Below, piece after piece: positions 47,113-61,660 of a stretch of 64,000 nucleotides of DNA. The position numbers were made by a program, and so were the translations under genes. How positions within the stretch are numbered: position 1 is the first letter of the stretch; each line of letters starts with the position of its first letter. Below the pieces are notes generated by a model, which ran no database searches, was not told the origin of the DNA, and saw only the letters and a list, made by a program, of their open reading frames with translations. Source of the DNA: Epiperipatus broadwayi (taxonomy: Eukaryota; Animalia; Onychophora); the NCBI GenBank assembly GCA_028023455.1, contig JAQFVV010000003.1, positions 18,166,001-18,230,000 of the forward strand. Reading direction: 5' to 3'.

Positions 47113-50100
47113 GGGTTACTTACCAACATGCATTAGCCAGCATAGTGAATTTATTGGCTTTTTACCTTTGAGTTTAAGATCAAGAAACTCCATGGTCTTC
47201 TCATTTGCCTGATAAAGGAGAATGAATGTATGTCTGAATGAAAAAAAATTTCTAATAGATATATATAATCGTGATAGACAAAAATAAATCATGGCTCTTA
47301 TTTCCAGGAAAGTCACCAGTCAAGGCAGCAATTGGTGGCTGAAGGCAGAGGATGCTAAGAATCCCCTGATTGCGGACCCAGGCTGCCATTTGATGAAGAC
47401 TTTTTATTTAGGTACTTACAACTGCAGATCATTTTCAAGTGCTGGAAGATTGCAAGAATTGGAAGAAGAGCTGGTATATTAAATGAGACATTATTGGATT
47501 TTGTGAAGTTAGAAGAAAAGATGAAGAGACAATTGATTTAAAAAGTGGACATGTACTCTACTACAAAGGTTCAAATATTGGAAGTACAAGTGGAGTAGGA
47601 TTCATTATAAATAAAAAATGGAAGAACAACATTGTGGAGATCGATGGTATATCAGAAAGAGCGACAAGATTAGTTATTCAACTTAATAATAGATTCCAAA
47701 TGCAGATAATCCATGTTTATGTCCTAACAAGTTATCATAGTGATGAAGTAGTAGAAGATTTTTATATGAATGTACAAGGCTTTTGATCAGACTAAACAAC
47801 ATTTTAAAATTGTTATGGGAGACTTTAATTCTAGAATTGGTAAACAAATGAAAGATGAAAGTGCTGTAGATAAATTTGGTTATGATAGTAGAAATGAAGA
47901 GACATAGACTTGTGAATTTTGCAAAAAAAAGAAAAACTTCATATTATGAATTCTTTTCTTGAGAAAAGTGTTAAAAGGAAATGGACATGGAAGCATCCAA
48001 ATGAAGAAAGAGCAGAAATGAATTATATTTTGATTAGCAGAAAAATGCATATTTCAAGATTGTAATGTTCTTAATAAATTCAACACAAGAAGTGATCTTT
48101 GATTAGTAAGATATGATACATGTCAGTGCAAATTAGAGACAAAAATTATTAAGAAAAACAATATTTACAGTTGATATTCCTAATCTTCAGAAACATTCTA
48201 ATGAATTTAAATTAGAACTTCACAAATCGGTTTCAAGTATTAATAGATTTTGAACATGATTCAGATTTGAGTGAAATTAATAAGAAAATAACTGATACAC
48301 TTTTAGAAACTACAACAAAGATAGCTGGGAGAAAAAAGCAGCAATAGACCAATAAAATTTCTGTTGAGATGAGAATAGGAAGATATGTAAAAATGATGCA
48401 TTAAAAAGGATTGAGTATCTCAAATTTTGTAAAATGGTACGAAAAAGAGTTTATAATGATATAAGAAACTAGCAATTAAAGCTGTAGAAGAGAATAAAAG
48501 TCTCAAGATTGTAAAACAACATTTTGTTATTGGTAGGAAACTTATATCTGCAATAAGAAAAAAAGATGGAACTATCACTAAAAAGAGAGATGACATAATG
48601 AAATGGGTAGAAAAGCTCTATCAAGAATTATATAGTAATAAAGAACAAGTACCTCCTAATCTTCTGAATTGCCCAGAATTTTAAATGAAGATGTGAGACA
48701 TGCAATTAAATTTATGAAGAAAGGAAAAGCTCCAGGTAATGGTGGAATTATAATCTATATATTAAATGAAGCAGGTGAAAAAATAGAATTTTTTTTGGCA
48801 AAGTTATATACCAAAAGTCTAAATGATAAAGATGTATCAAATGATTGGAAGAATGCAGTATTGATATTAATATTTAAAAAACATGATAAAGATATTCGAA
48901 ATTAAAGACCTATCAGTCTTTTATTAGTTTTATACAAAATTTTTACCAAGATAATTACAATTCGTCTACAGAGAACATTGGATTTCAACCAATCAAGGAA
49001 CTAGCTGGATTTAAAAATGGTTTTAGTACAGTAGATCATATCCAAGTATTGAGAGAAGTTATAGAAAGGACCAATGGATATGAGTTGCCATTATGCTTTG
49101 GATTTGTATATTATGAAAAGGCATTTGATTCTATAAGAATTTCTCCAGTGATTAAAGCATTAGATTATCAAGATATAGACACAGGATATTGTCATATTCT
49201 GAAGAATATTTATAAAAATGCAACAGCAACAATTAGATTATATAATGATATTAAGAAGGTTAACATGGAGATGGGTGTAAGACAGGGTGACTCCATATCT
49301 CCAAAAATGTTTACAGCAGTGCTGCAAAAATATTTTGTGAATTAAAAAAAAGCTAATCGAGTAAAAGTAAATAGAAATTATTTAAGTTATTTGGATTTTG
49401 CAGATGATGTAGTTGTTTTTCAAATAATGCTTTAGAGCTTCAGGAAATGTTGCAGAAGTTATCAGATGAAAGTATGAAAGTAGGACTAAAGGTAAATGTT
49501 AAAAAGACTAAAGTAATGTTTAATGGATTTTCTCAAAAGATGAAAATAAAGATTGATTATGATGATTTAGAAGATGTTAACAAATAACTTGGTCAGATTA
49601 TTACTATAGATGGAAACATAATGGATGAAATTAATCATAGAATTAAACTTGGTTGGAGTGTTTTTGATAGAAATAACTTAATACTAAAAGGAAATTAGAA
49701 AAGGTTTTTTATAAATGTGTTTTACCAGTTCTTACTTATGGATCTGAGATTTGGACACTTAATAGAAGAGCAATACAGAGACTTAAAACCATTCAAAGAA
49801 GTACGAAGAGATGCATGTTAGGAGTAACAAGAAGAGATTGAAAATCCAATATGTAAGTAAAAGAACAAACAGGTGTTACAGACATCATTGAAAGAATTCA
49901 AAGACTGAAGTAAAGTTGGGCTGGACATATTGCTAGAAGAGATGAAAATAGATGAACAATTGAAATCTTAAACTGGATTCTAAGAGATTGTAAAAGACCC
50001 AAAAAGAGACCCCATGTGAGATGATTAAATGTAATCAGAAAGTGTAGGAGCGAAGTGGAGAAGAGAGGCTAGAGATAGAAGATGATTTGAATTTGGAGAG

Positions 50101-50147
50101 ATCTTCATCCTGCAGTTGATTGATAATGGTTGACAATGATGATGATG
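47113..50147 (+). mobile_element. Younger, slightly 5'-truncated RTE copy nested in the older RTE
   Basis: Highly similar to 35945-38980 (GTYNCRS, KGKAPGNGGI, GVRQGDSISPK, LDFADD); ends in a (GAT)n tail. Confidence 0.9.
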
Positions 50148-50715
50148 TTTGATGGATTTTTTAAAGAAAGAATAATAAAGATTGATGATTCATGAATTAG
50201 AAATTAATTATAGAAATAAATTTGGATGGAAATTTTTTTATTACAAATAGCTTAATGCTGAAAGAAAATATGCCTATATGTTTGAAAATGAATATTTTTG
50301 ATTGATGTGTTTTACCCGTTCTTATTTATGGATCTGAGATTTGGAGACTTAACAGAAAAGCAGTATAAAGATATCAGACTACTCAATGAACTATGTTGGA
50401 ATAACTAGAAAAAAATCTAAAACATTCTTGGTTGAGAGAATAAACAGGTATTATTCATATCATTGAATTAATAAAATGATTAATTAAAGTGGAACTGAGC
50501 TGGACATATTGCTAAAAGAGATGATAATAGATGGATAGCTAAAGTATTAAACTCCATCTCAAGAGATTGTAAAAAACTTGGAAAGAAACTGTCTGTTATA
50601 TGATTGCATGCAATAAGAAATTCTTAATGTGGTATGAAGAGAAGTTATGATCAAAAAAATTGAATTAAAGATATTTTCATTCTGCAATATATCAATAATT
50701 GTTGAAAATGTCCAT
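50148..50715 (+). mobile_element. 3' part of the older RTE copy
   Basis: Resumes with tttgatggattt..aataaagattgat, the continuation of gactaaagtgatg at 47101-47113, and runs to a decayed RTE 3' end. Confidence 0.75.
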
Positions 50716-53164
50716 GGTTGTTGTTTAATAATTGACTTGATAGAAAATTTATTTATGTGACTGACTTTTTTATTATATTGTTTGCTTATGTTTTAGGCAA
50801 GGTAATGCCTTTTGTTTAAAATAGTATTCATCTATTATTATTGTTTGACATCTTTTTAAGTGTTTACTAATATTAAATTTTTTTTTGGAAAAAAAAAAGT
50901 TATATGTTCAGGACCATTTTAACCATTTGGGCTAATCAGATTATAGTCCAGGGGCACAAATGAGAGGGACTACCAAGATATAACTCGAGACTTAAAAATC
51001 CAAAAGTACTGAATGCAATCTTTGTTTCTCAAACAATTTTACTTTTACTTGTGTGTAATGGAAACTATAAATCAGGAAATCCCAAGTTTTGCCCAAATAA
51101 ATGAGGGGAATTAAGATTTCATTATTTTTGTTTTTTCTTATTTTCATTAAATCATTCACTCACTCATGCAATAGTTTTTTACGACTTCACAGTTTCACTG
51201 AGAGGATATCACAAATCTATGTCCAAAGCCCACATATTATGAACTAAAAGTTTAAAGCATCAATATGTTAAATATTGAATTTGAGGAAGTTGGTGCTACT
51301 TTTTCTAAAACAGTTAGTTAAATAGTCAAGTTTGATAATTGTCACTATATCATCCAGACTTAGATGCATTATATGTATATATCTTAGTTGGTTAATAGAT
51401 GCTCTGTGTAACTGATATTAAAACTTGATATATTCCTAAGGTTGTTTAATGATATGTTTTTCTTTCTTCATTGTATTGGAGTGACTATAAAAACTGTCTT
51501 TCCTCATTCATTTATGATTATGAATATTGCCGGTGTCATTCATTGGTAACTGCTACCCATCTCTCATTTTTAAAAGCTTTTTTCTCATTAAGATATCATT
51601 TGTCCAATTGTGGAGGCCTAGTCCAGTTCTCATGGATATCATAGAAATTTAATTCTTATATTCTCAATCAGGAATTGAACTTTGAACTTTTAATCACTAA
51701 AAGCTACCTTATTCTATATTATCTACAATATATTTATATCTCATAAATCAAATGTAAAAAAAAAAATCATTTTCAAATATCTTTATTTAGCTGCACAAAA
51801 ATATTTTTATGCACCCATAAATAATATTCTGCAAGAGCGAATGGTCAATTAATAAATAACACTGTAATAAACTAAAAAATTGCTAACTCACACTGTGCAA
51901 GCATCTTTATCAAAGCAAGATTACAACTACTTTTAGCAAACCTAAATACATATATTACTATAAACTAAAACACCAGTTATTGAAAAGAGAAATATGAATG
52001 CCATTGACTTTTACATTAATGGAATATTTTGAATTATATGTCAAGCTTTTTTTTATTATTTTTCTCCAGACAAATAATTTTGGCGTCAGCAGGTTTAAAC
52101 AAAAAAATATGTATGTATCTGGAGAAAAATAAACAAACAAAAGTAAAATCGAAGAATCTTGATAAATAATTAATTAAAAAACATTCTTTTTATATTAGAG
52201 CTAATAGCGTTCATTTTAATAAGAATTGGGATTTGAATTTATAATTGGTATATGATTAATTTAAAATACCGTATTCCAATCATGTAAGAGCCAATAACAT
52301 TCCTCTTTTTAATAGCCAGTGTCTTAAATTTGCTAAAATTAAATGTGATTTGATTTGATAAAGATGCTGTTCTTTGAAAGCCTAACTTAGCAATACTTTG
52401 AAATTTATTACTACATTAGAAGAGCCATTGTATCCTATCTCAACATTCATTATTTCATTTACGTTATCCAAAAATAAACTGTTTTTTTCTTTGCAATGCC
52501 CTCTCTATATCTTGTTCTGCCAAATCTTATACTTTCACTGAGCTACTTGAATTTGTTCTGTCATGTTGTTTATAATCCAAGTGAAGCAATGCCTATGGGG
52601 TTTTTTTTATTTTAAAAAAAGTTAATTTCAGTTGAAATGGCTTCAAAACCAGTTTAATCATAGCAATTCTACCAATAGTAAGAAAATTTGTATAGTGCTT
52701 CCTATAAAAGACGATTATTAACTTAGTTACAAATAAAAATAAAAAGATTATATTCTGAAATCAGCTATTTATTTAAGAAGAATAAATCATCTTTTGTAAA
52801 GAGAAAAATATTCCCCTGATAAATAAAAATATAAATAAGTTATATTTATTTATTTGAGGAAATGTGATTGAGTAAACTTATATAACCATATTATTGCATG
52901 CATATATATATATATATGTTGCCTATGTACTATTTGTAATTAAATTGTATCATATATATGTTAAAAATCATGTGGTCTATATGTATGTGCTGAAAATTAC
53001 TGTACATATATTAGACAATACAGTATAAGTATAATATTGCTAACAAAGCATTGGCTACTATCTGCTAATTTCATTATAGCTTTGGAATCAAATATATTAG
53101 CTATCCTGGCTTTACTTTATACCCTATATTAAGTTTTAGAAAATGGTTTTAGCTTAGTAAATCT

Positions 53165-54210
53165 CGTCCAATTATTAAGAGAAATTATAGAAAGGTTAAT
53201 GATTATGAGTTGCCATTATGCTTTGGATTTGTACATTATGAAAAGATATTTGATTCAATAAGCATTTTCAAGGTGATTAAAATTTCAGATCATTAAAATA
53301 TAGACCTGGTTAAGTTATATTCTGAAGAATATTGATCAAAATGCAACAGTAGTGATTAGAATGCATGGTGATACTAAAAAGTTTAAAATCAGGATAAAAA
53401 TATAAGGTGCTTCTAGTTCTCCAAAAAAAATTTATAGCAGTTTTAGAACTACTTTTTGGGTTAAAATGGGAAGCCAAGAAAGTAAAAAAAAAAAAAGGAC
53501 ATTATATAACTTATCTAGATTTTGCAAATAATGTGGTTATCTTTACAAATAATTCTTCAGAGCTTTGGGAAATGTAGCAAGCATTATTAGATGAAAGTAA
53601 GATTAAAAATAAATGCTAAAAAAAACAACAACTAATGTTCAATGGATTTACTTCAAAGAAGAAAATAAAGATTGATAACTTGAAACACAATGGATGAAAT
53701 TAATCATAGAATTAAACTTGGGTGGAATATTTTTGATAGAAATAATTTAGTATTAAAAGAAAATATGCCTATGTATTTGAAAATAAAGATTTTTAATCAA
53801 TGTGTTTTTCCAGTTCTTATTTATGGATGAGATTCAAATACTTAACAAAAAAACAATGCAAAAATTTCAAACTAATCAATGAATCAATGAAGTATGATAA
53901 AATATATTAAAAGTAAGAAGAAGAGATCACAAATTAAATATGTGTTTGAGAGAACAAAGAGGTATAATTGACATCGTTAAAAGAATTAAGAGGTTGTAAT
54001 GGAACTGGAATGGATATATTAGTTGAAATCTTAAACTGGATCCCGAGAGATTGTAAATTTCTAGAATCAAATTACATGTGTAATGGATGAATGAAATAAG
54101 AAAGTTTTCTGGTGTGATATGAAAAAGATATAGTAAGAATTGGAGGAAATGGGTTAAATTTGGAGAGACCTTCATTCTTCAATGAATCGATGATGGTTGA
54201 AAGTGATTGC
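53165..54210 (+). mobile_element. 5'-truncated decayed RTE fragment (RT C-terminal half to 3' end)
   Basis: tatgagttgccattatgctttggatttgta, tatctagattttgcaaataat and ttggagagaccttcattc all match the other RTE copies. Confidence 0.8.
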
Positions 54211-56361
54211 TAATGGTAAAGATTAATTAGTAATCTTTTTTTTTTTTTTAAAAAAAAACTTGGTATTCCTTTGTCTCTTTCAGGATTTATATCCTAAATA
54301 GAAAATATCAATTTAGCTGTTCTTTCTTTTTTAAAAAAAATATTAGACTATATATTAATTTGTTTTCAAATACTGTATTTATTTAATAATAATAGTAATA
54401 CTGATAAAGATGGAAAACAAAAATAAATTAATTGAATTTGGTCAATTTGTACACATGACCTTATTTATATTTATACATTGCATGCAAAAACAATAGCATT
54501 GTAAACATTATATGGCCAATTTTTCTCCAAACAAATATTAATGATGTAATTAATATTATTATGATAAATTTAATCTCTTTATAATTAAAAGTAATTTTAC
54601 ATTGGAGATAATTAATTTCATTTTAAAATAAAAATGTAAATATTAATATTATACATAAGTGAAAGTATTATTTATCAGTTTGTTTTAATTTTTTTTTTTT
54701 TTTTTTTGAAAATGCTGTTGGAAAGAGGAATTAATCATCTACATCGTTTGCATTCATATTTCATGCCATTTTTTCCCTATGTTTTCTTAAAGATATCTTA
54801 TTGAATTTTGACTTACAAATATTGATAGCATGCAGTGGGAATTGTAGCCCATTACAAGATAAAGATCACTCCAATGGTCAATATTTTTGCATTTACTCTC
54901 AAGGTGAGTATAGCTGGAGACCTATATATCAATTGCTATTGGATAATTAACTATATGACAGATTCCTGTAACAAAAATTATAATCCTGTTGTAACATGAA
55001 AATTTTTTCTAAGTTTTATGAATTGACATCCTAGGGTCTTAAGATTGTTATGCTAAATATTATATCTTGATTAACACATTTTGTTGGTTCTTTTCCTCAT
55101 TTTTCTGATCATGGTAATTAAACTTGTGCAGTAAAAGTGAAGTTCTTGTTATCAGTAATCAAGTTTTTATTTTTTGTATCATTTTTCTTTTAAATGTCAT
55201 TTCATAATCAGATCTTTGTAAGTGTTAATAATAATCTTAGTTCACACTAAATTTCTGACCAATGGCTGGGTGACATATAAGGTTATAAGATACAATGGAT
55301 GGTTTATCATCCATATTTGGAACTAGAATAAAATTAATGATAAGGGAAATGCATACAGTAGTAGGATTAGCAAAATGTCACTATAAGCTCCCATTGATGA
55401 TAATCAACTATTCATCATATGAATACATTACTTTTTACCGTGTCTTTTTGCAATCACAAAGTCTTATATTTTAAAATGTTATTATTATTATTATTATTTT
55501 TGTATTATTATATACATAAGATTAAGCATAGGCAAAAAATTATGACCTAACTTATTTACTTACATTTATAAATTTGTTTTTGGAAACAAGCTTTGGTTTT
55601 CAGTCCTATGATTAAAATTATCTTTGAATTTCTTAAATTTTAACTTTATTATTTATGAAATTTAATGTAATATATTTGTAAACATATATAAACAGCAAAT
55701 AACATCCAGTTTTTTTTTTTTTTGCATAAATAGCTTTGAGAATACAAAAGGAAAATATATTGGTGGCAAAATCATTTTGTTACTTGTAGTTGAAGAGTTG
55801 GTTGGAAGATTAACAGAAGTCAGCAGTCATTAGACAATAAGCTTGTAATAATGAATTTGGTAGTTCAAAGATCTAATGCTGTTTCTAGTATATGTGAGTT
55901 TTCAAAATAACACTTGGCTAAGAAAACAAAATTTTTAGGATCAATAGTGATTATTACTTTCTTTTTCTTTTGCTGCTTACAGCCATTCTAGTGTTCATCT
56001 CTAGATTTTGAACTATAAGCTTAAACAGATTTATATAAATGGAAAAATTCCATCAACCATTTGCTAATAAATATATTTTTTACTATTGCAAGCAATATTT
56101 AAGCTAGTTGTTATATCTAAACAAGATAGAAATACTGTAGATGAATGTTTTACTGAAATCAGATCTCAAAATTTGGTATAATAATATAAGTTGTAATCAA
56201 TTTTTAAACTATTAATCTTCTGTTGAACAATTTATTTACCCTACTTATAAACTTTTTATGTTTATAAATCTTTATTATCCATTATGTTCATAAACACAAA
56301 TGTTGTTACAATTATGTCACTTAAGCCATTGATGAAAGTCTAATAATGATTTAAGCTCATC

Positions 56362-57701
56362 GGTACTTGTGTGTTTTCTTGCCTACCAAGATGCCAGCTC
56401 TTATTTTTATAAATATAGTTTTGGGGGCATACAATTTATTTTCTCATTTTTTATTACCAAAATATGTTACTTTAAATTAAAAAACAATAACTTAAATTAA
56501 AAAAGGTAATAAATTCTTTTTAAAAAGCTTTATTTATTTATTTTACTTTATACTCTAATATGGAAGCAAAGAGATGCTCTGAGCATTGTCAAACTTTGTT
56601 TTAATTTAGCATGTTTCTTTTTGTCAGTAGTATTTTTGCAAAATTTCATAATGATCAAAATTTGGGACTTTCTTGTCACAGAACATGGTACACTGGATAT
56701 TTCCAAAGGTATGAGATCCTGCTCCCATGAAAAGTGTGCATTAATAGTTATGACATATCTTACATGAAAACAGCCCCACAATGGCAATGCAACTTGAAAT
56801 CTTGTTTAAACAATATCTAATCATAAAGGGGTGTGGTTTGAAGGCTCTAAAATCTGTTTTCTGACTGCATTCAGATTGATTTTCAGCTGGGTTAGATATC
56901 ATAGATTGTAACAAGTGTGCACTTTTATTCTTTTATACTATCCACATGCAAAATCAGAGGGTCTAACAGAATTGTCAAAATTGATGAAACTCTTTACGAA
57001 GCATAAAAATTAACAGTAGAGAATACAGTGGGTATTCGGTATGCAGAGAAACCAATGCAGTGCTACATTGTAACTTTCAGATAGAGCAGCAGCTATTCTG
57101 ATGGATGCAATAAAACAAAATGTTGCAGATGGATTTACAATTTATTCACACTGTTGGAAGGCATATAAAAGTGATGAAATAAGGTGTGCAGGATTTGAAC
57201 AGTTCCAAGTGAATTACCATTATAACTTTGTTGATCCAACTATCATCATGCATATGCAAAACATTAAAAGACTTTAGGCTGGTGAAATGGCAAAACAAAA
57301 AAACCCGAGAATTGCATGACAACATCTTGATTCATATTTAGAAGATTTTATGTGATGTTGATTGCACCTACAAGATTTATTTGTGGCAGTTTTGGAGATC
57401 ATTGGGGATTGCAGCCATTAACACAACCATTCCTCATTTACCCCCCCCCCCTCTTTTTTTTTTTCAATTTTCTATTAATAAGTTAATACAAAAAAATAAT
57501 AAGTAAAGTGTAAATATTGTAATTAATTTTTCCAGAATTTATTTTTTTAAAAATAATAGTAATGAAAATTAAAATGTAAATATTAAATATGGTGTTTCCT
57601 AGCAACCATTTTTTTGCAAAGTTTTCTTGTAATCTCTGAAACTGTATATTTATCAAAAATATGAGCTGCCATCTTGGTAAACAGGAAAATGCACAAGTAC
57701 C
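56362..57701 (+). mobile_element. Merlin (IS1016/ISXO2-like) DNA transposon with decayed transposase
   Basis: About 60-bp TIRs starting GGTACTTGTG. TSD AGCTCATC (56354-56361) / AGTTCATC (57702-57709). Remnants IVKIDET, QWVFG, SDRAAAILMDAIKQNVADGFTIYSHCWKAY, VNYHYNFVDPT, HMQNIK, HLDSYLEDF. Confidence 0.88.
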
Positions 57702-60700
57702 AGTTCATCATATCAAGATATATCTTTTGGGCATCATATGCTTGCTTTTATATCAATATTTATATAGTAATTATTATTATTTTTAATTAAAAATTATGAA
57801 TTTTTTTTTTATATTCACAAATTGATATGTAAAAACCAATATGTATATCAATTATTATTTTAATTAGCTAATTAAAAATTACATTTGTTTCACTTATAGT
57901 ATTTCCTTTATTCTGTGTTCCAAAATCATAATTATATCAACTGTCACTAGGATCGTATATTTCTATAATGTATATAATAAAATGTGTGTGTGTGTGTTTT
58001 GTTTATAGTGCCCCAATAAATAATAATGTTTCTCAAAAATAATAAATCTCTTGATCGTAATTACAAAAGATAACCAAATCATCAGCCCATATTAGAGGGT
58101 CAAACTAACTATTTCTAATACTTGAAATTAATAGCCGAAATATATGAATGAAATTAGCCATTATTTGCAATCACTTATTTCCATACATAAATATAGTTCC
58201 CAACAGATAGGCTTCATATACTATGCATATATCTTCCATTACAATATACAATGGAACTACGAACTACTCTGTAATTTGTTCTAGCTTCTCTCATATGCAA
58301 ACATATATAATATAGCAGATACTAGTTTACATTTTGCTGATAAACTGATTAGAATAGAATACATATTTTTATTGTACTTTTCAACTTGCACATATATATA
58401 ACGTTTTCTATGCATATATAATATAAACAAAAAATTTTAAAAATAATCTGGTTAATAATAATAAACTGAGAGGATACAATCAGCAATTAAGAAAAAAACA
58501 CTAGTATTTTTATTTTTAATATGAATAGCAAAGTGTCTAACTTTCATTGCTATTAAATACGCTTGGAGTGCCCCCTCCCCCCAATAGTTTTTTTTACCTT
58601 ATAGAAATATTATAATAGCAATCTTGTTATCAAGAAATTAGGATCTCTAATTGCTTTGATAGTTTTAAATCAGTATCAACTTTTAGTATGTTCTAAAATT
58701 TTGTAAAATTTTTAACATTACAATCAAAATATTTTATTACACAAAATACTGCACATCAAATTCAGAAAGGATAATAAATGAAGAATAAAATGTATACACT
58801 TTTAGCATAATCCAAAGAAATATTAGTAATCATAATTGTATATGGCACTCCGAGATGGAAAAATGGCTATTAGCATATTGTAAAATTTATTTACAAATTT
58901 AACTTTATTTTTTAAAAAAATGTAATTGTATACAATACTCAAAGAAGGAAAAATTGCTGCACAAATATCATAAAATTTGTAAAATTTTAATGTTTTGTTT
59001 GTTTGTTTATTTACATTTTAAAATGTTTATTTTCATTTTTCTTTGATTAGTGTATAATTTAAACCATGTACTTAAATTCAGTATAATTTGTATCTACACT
59101 GTAAATGGATATAAAAATGTGCTGGGCAGATAGCAAGATGTGATTTCATTGCCTTAGAACAATTTTTAATTAGATGTCAAAAGTAATGCGAATAAAGACT
59201 TTGAATTTGAGGTAGTATGATAAGGAAACTGATAGATCATTATTTGTGGAGAAAATTTAGAAATATCTTTGTGCTGCAATGATCTGTAGAAGGAAGACTA
59301 CAAAAAGCAGATTCATTTTCATAATAATTTACTTTCCATTGATAATTGTAGAGACCCAATTGGATATAATAATTTAATAATCTATTTTATATTAGATTAA
59401 TTTTACATATGTATTTTTGCTACTTTTGAACTGATTAGGATTAGAAGTACTAATAAAATGAAAAGAAACAGACAAATTAGGATGTACAAATTTATGCATT
59501 TTCAACATGTGTAGGTGGTGATCATGTATGAGAATAAAAAAAAAAATTAAAAAAAAAAAAAACCAAGGTCATCATTCTATGGAATGAAGAACAGCTGACT
59601 TAATGATATAAAATTCTTGGAAGATTATAAATGTAGAATTGATTTCATCTGGAATAGTTAAGAAGCATTTCCATAAAGATGTTGGACATGGATAAAGTAA
59701 ATGTGTTCATTTTTTTTTTTCATATGTCAAAGCATCGGCCGGGAAGCAAACTTGCAACAACCGCTTGCTTGCAAGGCAGCTGCACTGACCTCTCAGCTAC
59801 CAATGCTTGACGTGTTCTTCATTTTTGCATATGATTTCTCTCTAATATTGATGTGCTAGACAAAATTGTATTAAAAGGTTTTCAAGCGATGACAAATTAT
59901 TACTGGTTAAAATGATTGTATTTTAAACTGCTCAGAAAATTGTGGTGTTTGGGCATTAAGTATATTGAAATTCTCTTTCCAAAAGCATTTTGAGTTACAA
60001 TGTAAATTTTTATAATTTTCCATTGTGATTACTTATGTAAGTAATCAGAAATATTACTTCATTATTTAAATAATCTATAAACAGTTTTAAAAATAATTAG
60101 TCATTATCTTATTAAAAGATTTTCACTACATATATATATATAAAAAAAAGGTGATTCTAATCTCAAAAATTGATAAGATTACCTATCTCAGTAAAGGATG
60201 TTATTGAAAGAGCAGTATTTATTAGGATTTCAGTTTTTGATGTCACAATTTTTATAGAAAATGTACAAAAAGACTGGAAATGGTTTGATTAATAATAGAT
60301 AAATACTGTAGTTTATTTTATTTTATCTTCTCATAGTTTTTTATTTTTTATTTATTCATTATCTTTTTTAATCATCTTGTAATCAAATGAATCATTCAAC
60401 ATCTAAAACATTTTGAGACTATACAACGTTTCAAAGAAAATCTTAAATTACATAATGCTTTTACTGATGCAATCCTAGCTGCTACCCATTCCAATATATG
60501 GCCTGATTTTCAAGTATAAGTCTGAAACATTCTGAAAGTTTCTAGATCTCGCATGTTAATCTTTTCTATCCTCCTGACAAATTAATCATTGGCCACTGAT
60601 ATTTTAGAAAAGGCTTGTTTTATTGACATATGATTGATAAAAATGTTGACAGTTTATTTACGATAAAGTGTGTGTGTATATATATACACACATACACGTA

Positions 60701-60949
60701 TACAATCTTCAAAAGACGATTTTATTGGGTCCAAAACTTTAAGACTACTGAATTAAATATGTTCTGTCATATGCACCTCCAAAATTATTTTTAAAACTGA
60801 CAATAAAAATATTTATTTCAAGTATAATAAAAGTGCAGAATTCAAAAATTGCATTCTTAATCCAAGGAAGCCAGTAAGCACAACTTTTTATCTAAGCAAT
60901 AAGGAAACATCTCATAATGTGAATATAATCTTTGTCAATAGTAAATTGA

Positions 60950-61290
60950 AATACATCCTTATCTCATGCTACATAGGAATAATCTTATGTCATAGACTCC
61001 CCATCTACCTAAGATTAGATCTATAATAATTTCTAGAAATAGCTTTCTTGGTGTGGTCATGCAAGCAACAACTTTCTTAGTATTATACTCTTCTAGTGAA
61101 TATTATGCCCCTGTTTGTAAAAATAGTGCCTATACTAAACTTCAGGATATTGAATTATTAATATGATAAATATTGGTAATGCACTCAAGTCTATTCTTTT
61201 ACAGTAACTTCTTGTTCTTTCATAAATTCTTATGCCAGATATCAAATTGCCTCCAGAAAATATATAAAAAGCTATTAATTCGAAACAATT
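60950..61290 (+). mobile_element. Short LINE ORF2 fragment downstream of the RT domain (Ingi/Vingi-like)
   Basis: YIGIILCHRL, then YSSSEYYAPVCKNSAYTKLQDIEL..ALKSILLQ*LLVLS, resembling YS.AEYCAPVW..S.H...D..LN...TLRSTPLPWLPVLS recalled from I-group LINEs. The clade assignment is from memory. Confidence 0.45.
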
Positions 61291-61329
61291 TTTTTTATCT
61301 TTCCTTATGCTAATTGTAATAACAGTATA

Positions 61330-61660
61330 CAAATGTTTTGAACCTTGGTTCAAATATAACAGTGCTTTTTGTAGATTGGTATACTATGGTGAATCTCATG
61401 CAAATATTGCTATGAGAGTTGTACAACATAAGTATTTATATAGTCATGCAAAAAATGATTCTGAGTTTAAATTGTTTTTTTTTGAGCACGAACAGGAGTC
61501 TGCCCACATCTTTGACCCATTAAAGATCAACATTGTATGCTTAGAACATGATGACAGAAAGTGAAAAATCAAACAGGCGTGGTTTATTTCTAACAATCCC
61601 CATGCAATCAACAAAAAAAAAAGGAAAATAATGTGCAGTTATCTAAAAAGTGGAATATTT
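61330..61660 (+). pseudogene. GIY-YIG endonuclease remnant of a Penelope-like element
   Basis: FCRLVYYGESHANIAMRVVQH...HEQESAHIFDPLKINIVCLEHDDRK*KIKQAWFISNNPHAIN..VQLSKKWN matches the PLE pattern C..C..YIGET.R.L..R..EH...H.FD..N..IL..E...R.IKEA..I...IN..G..L...W. Confidence 0.65.
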
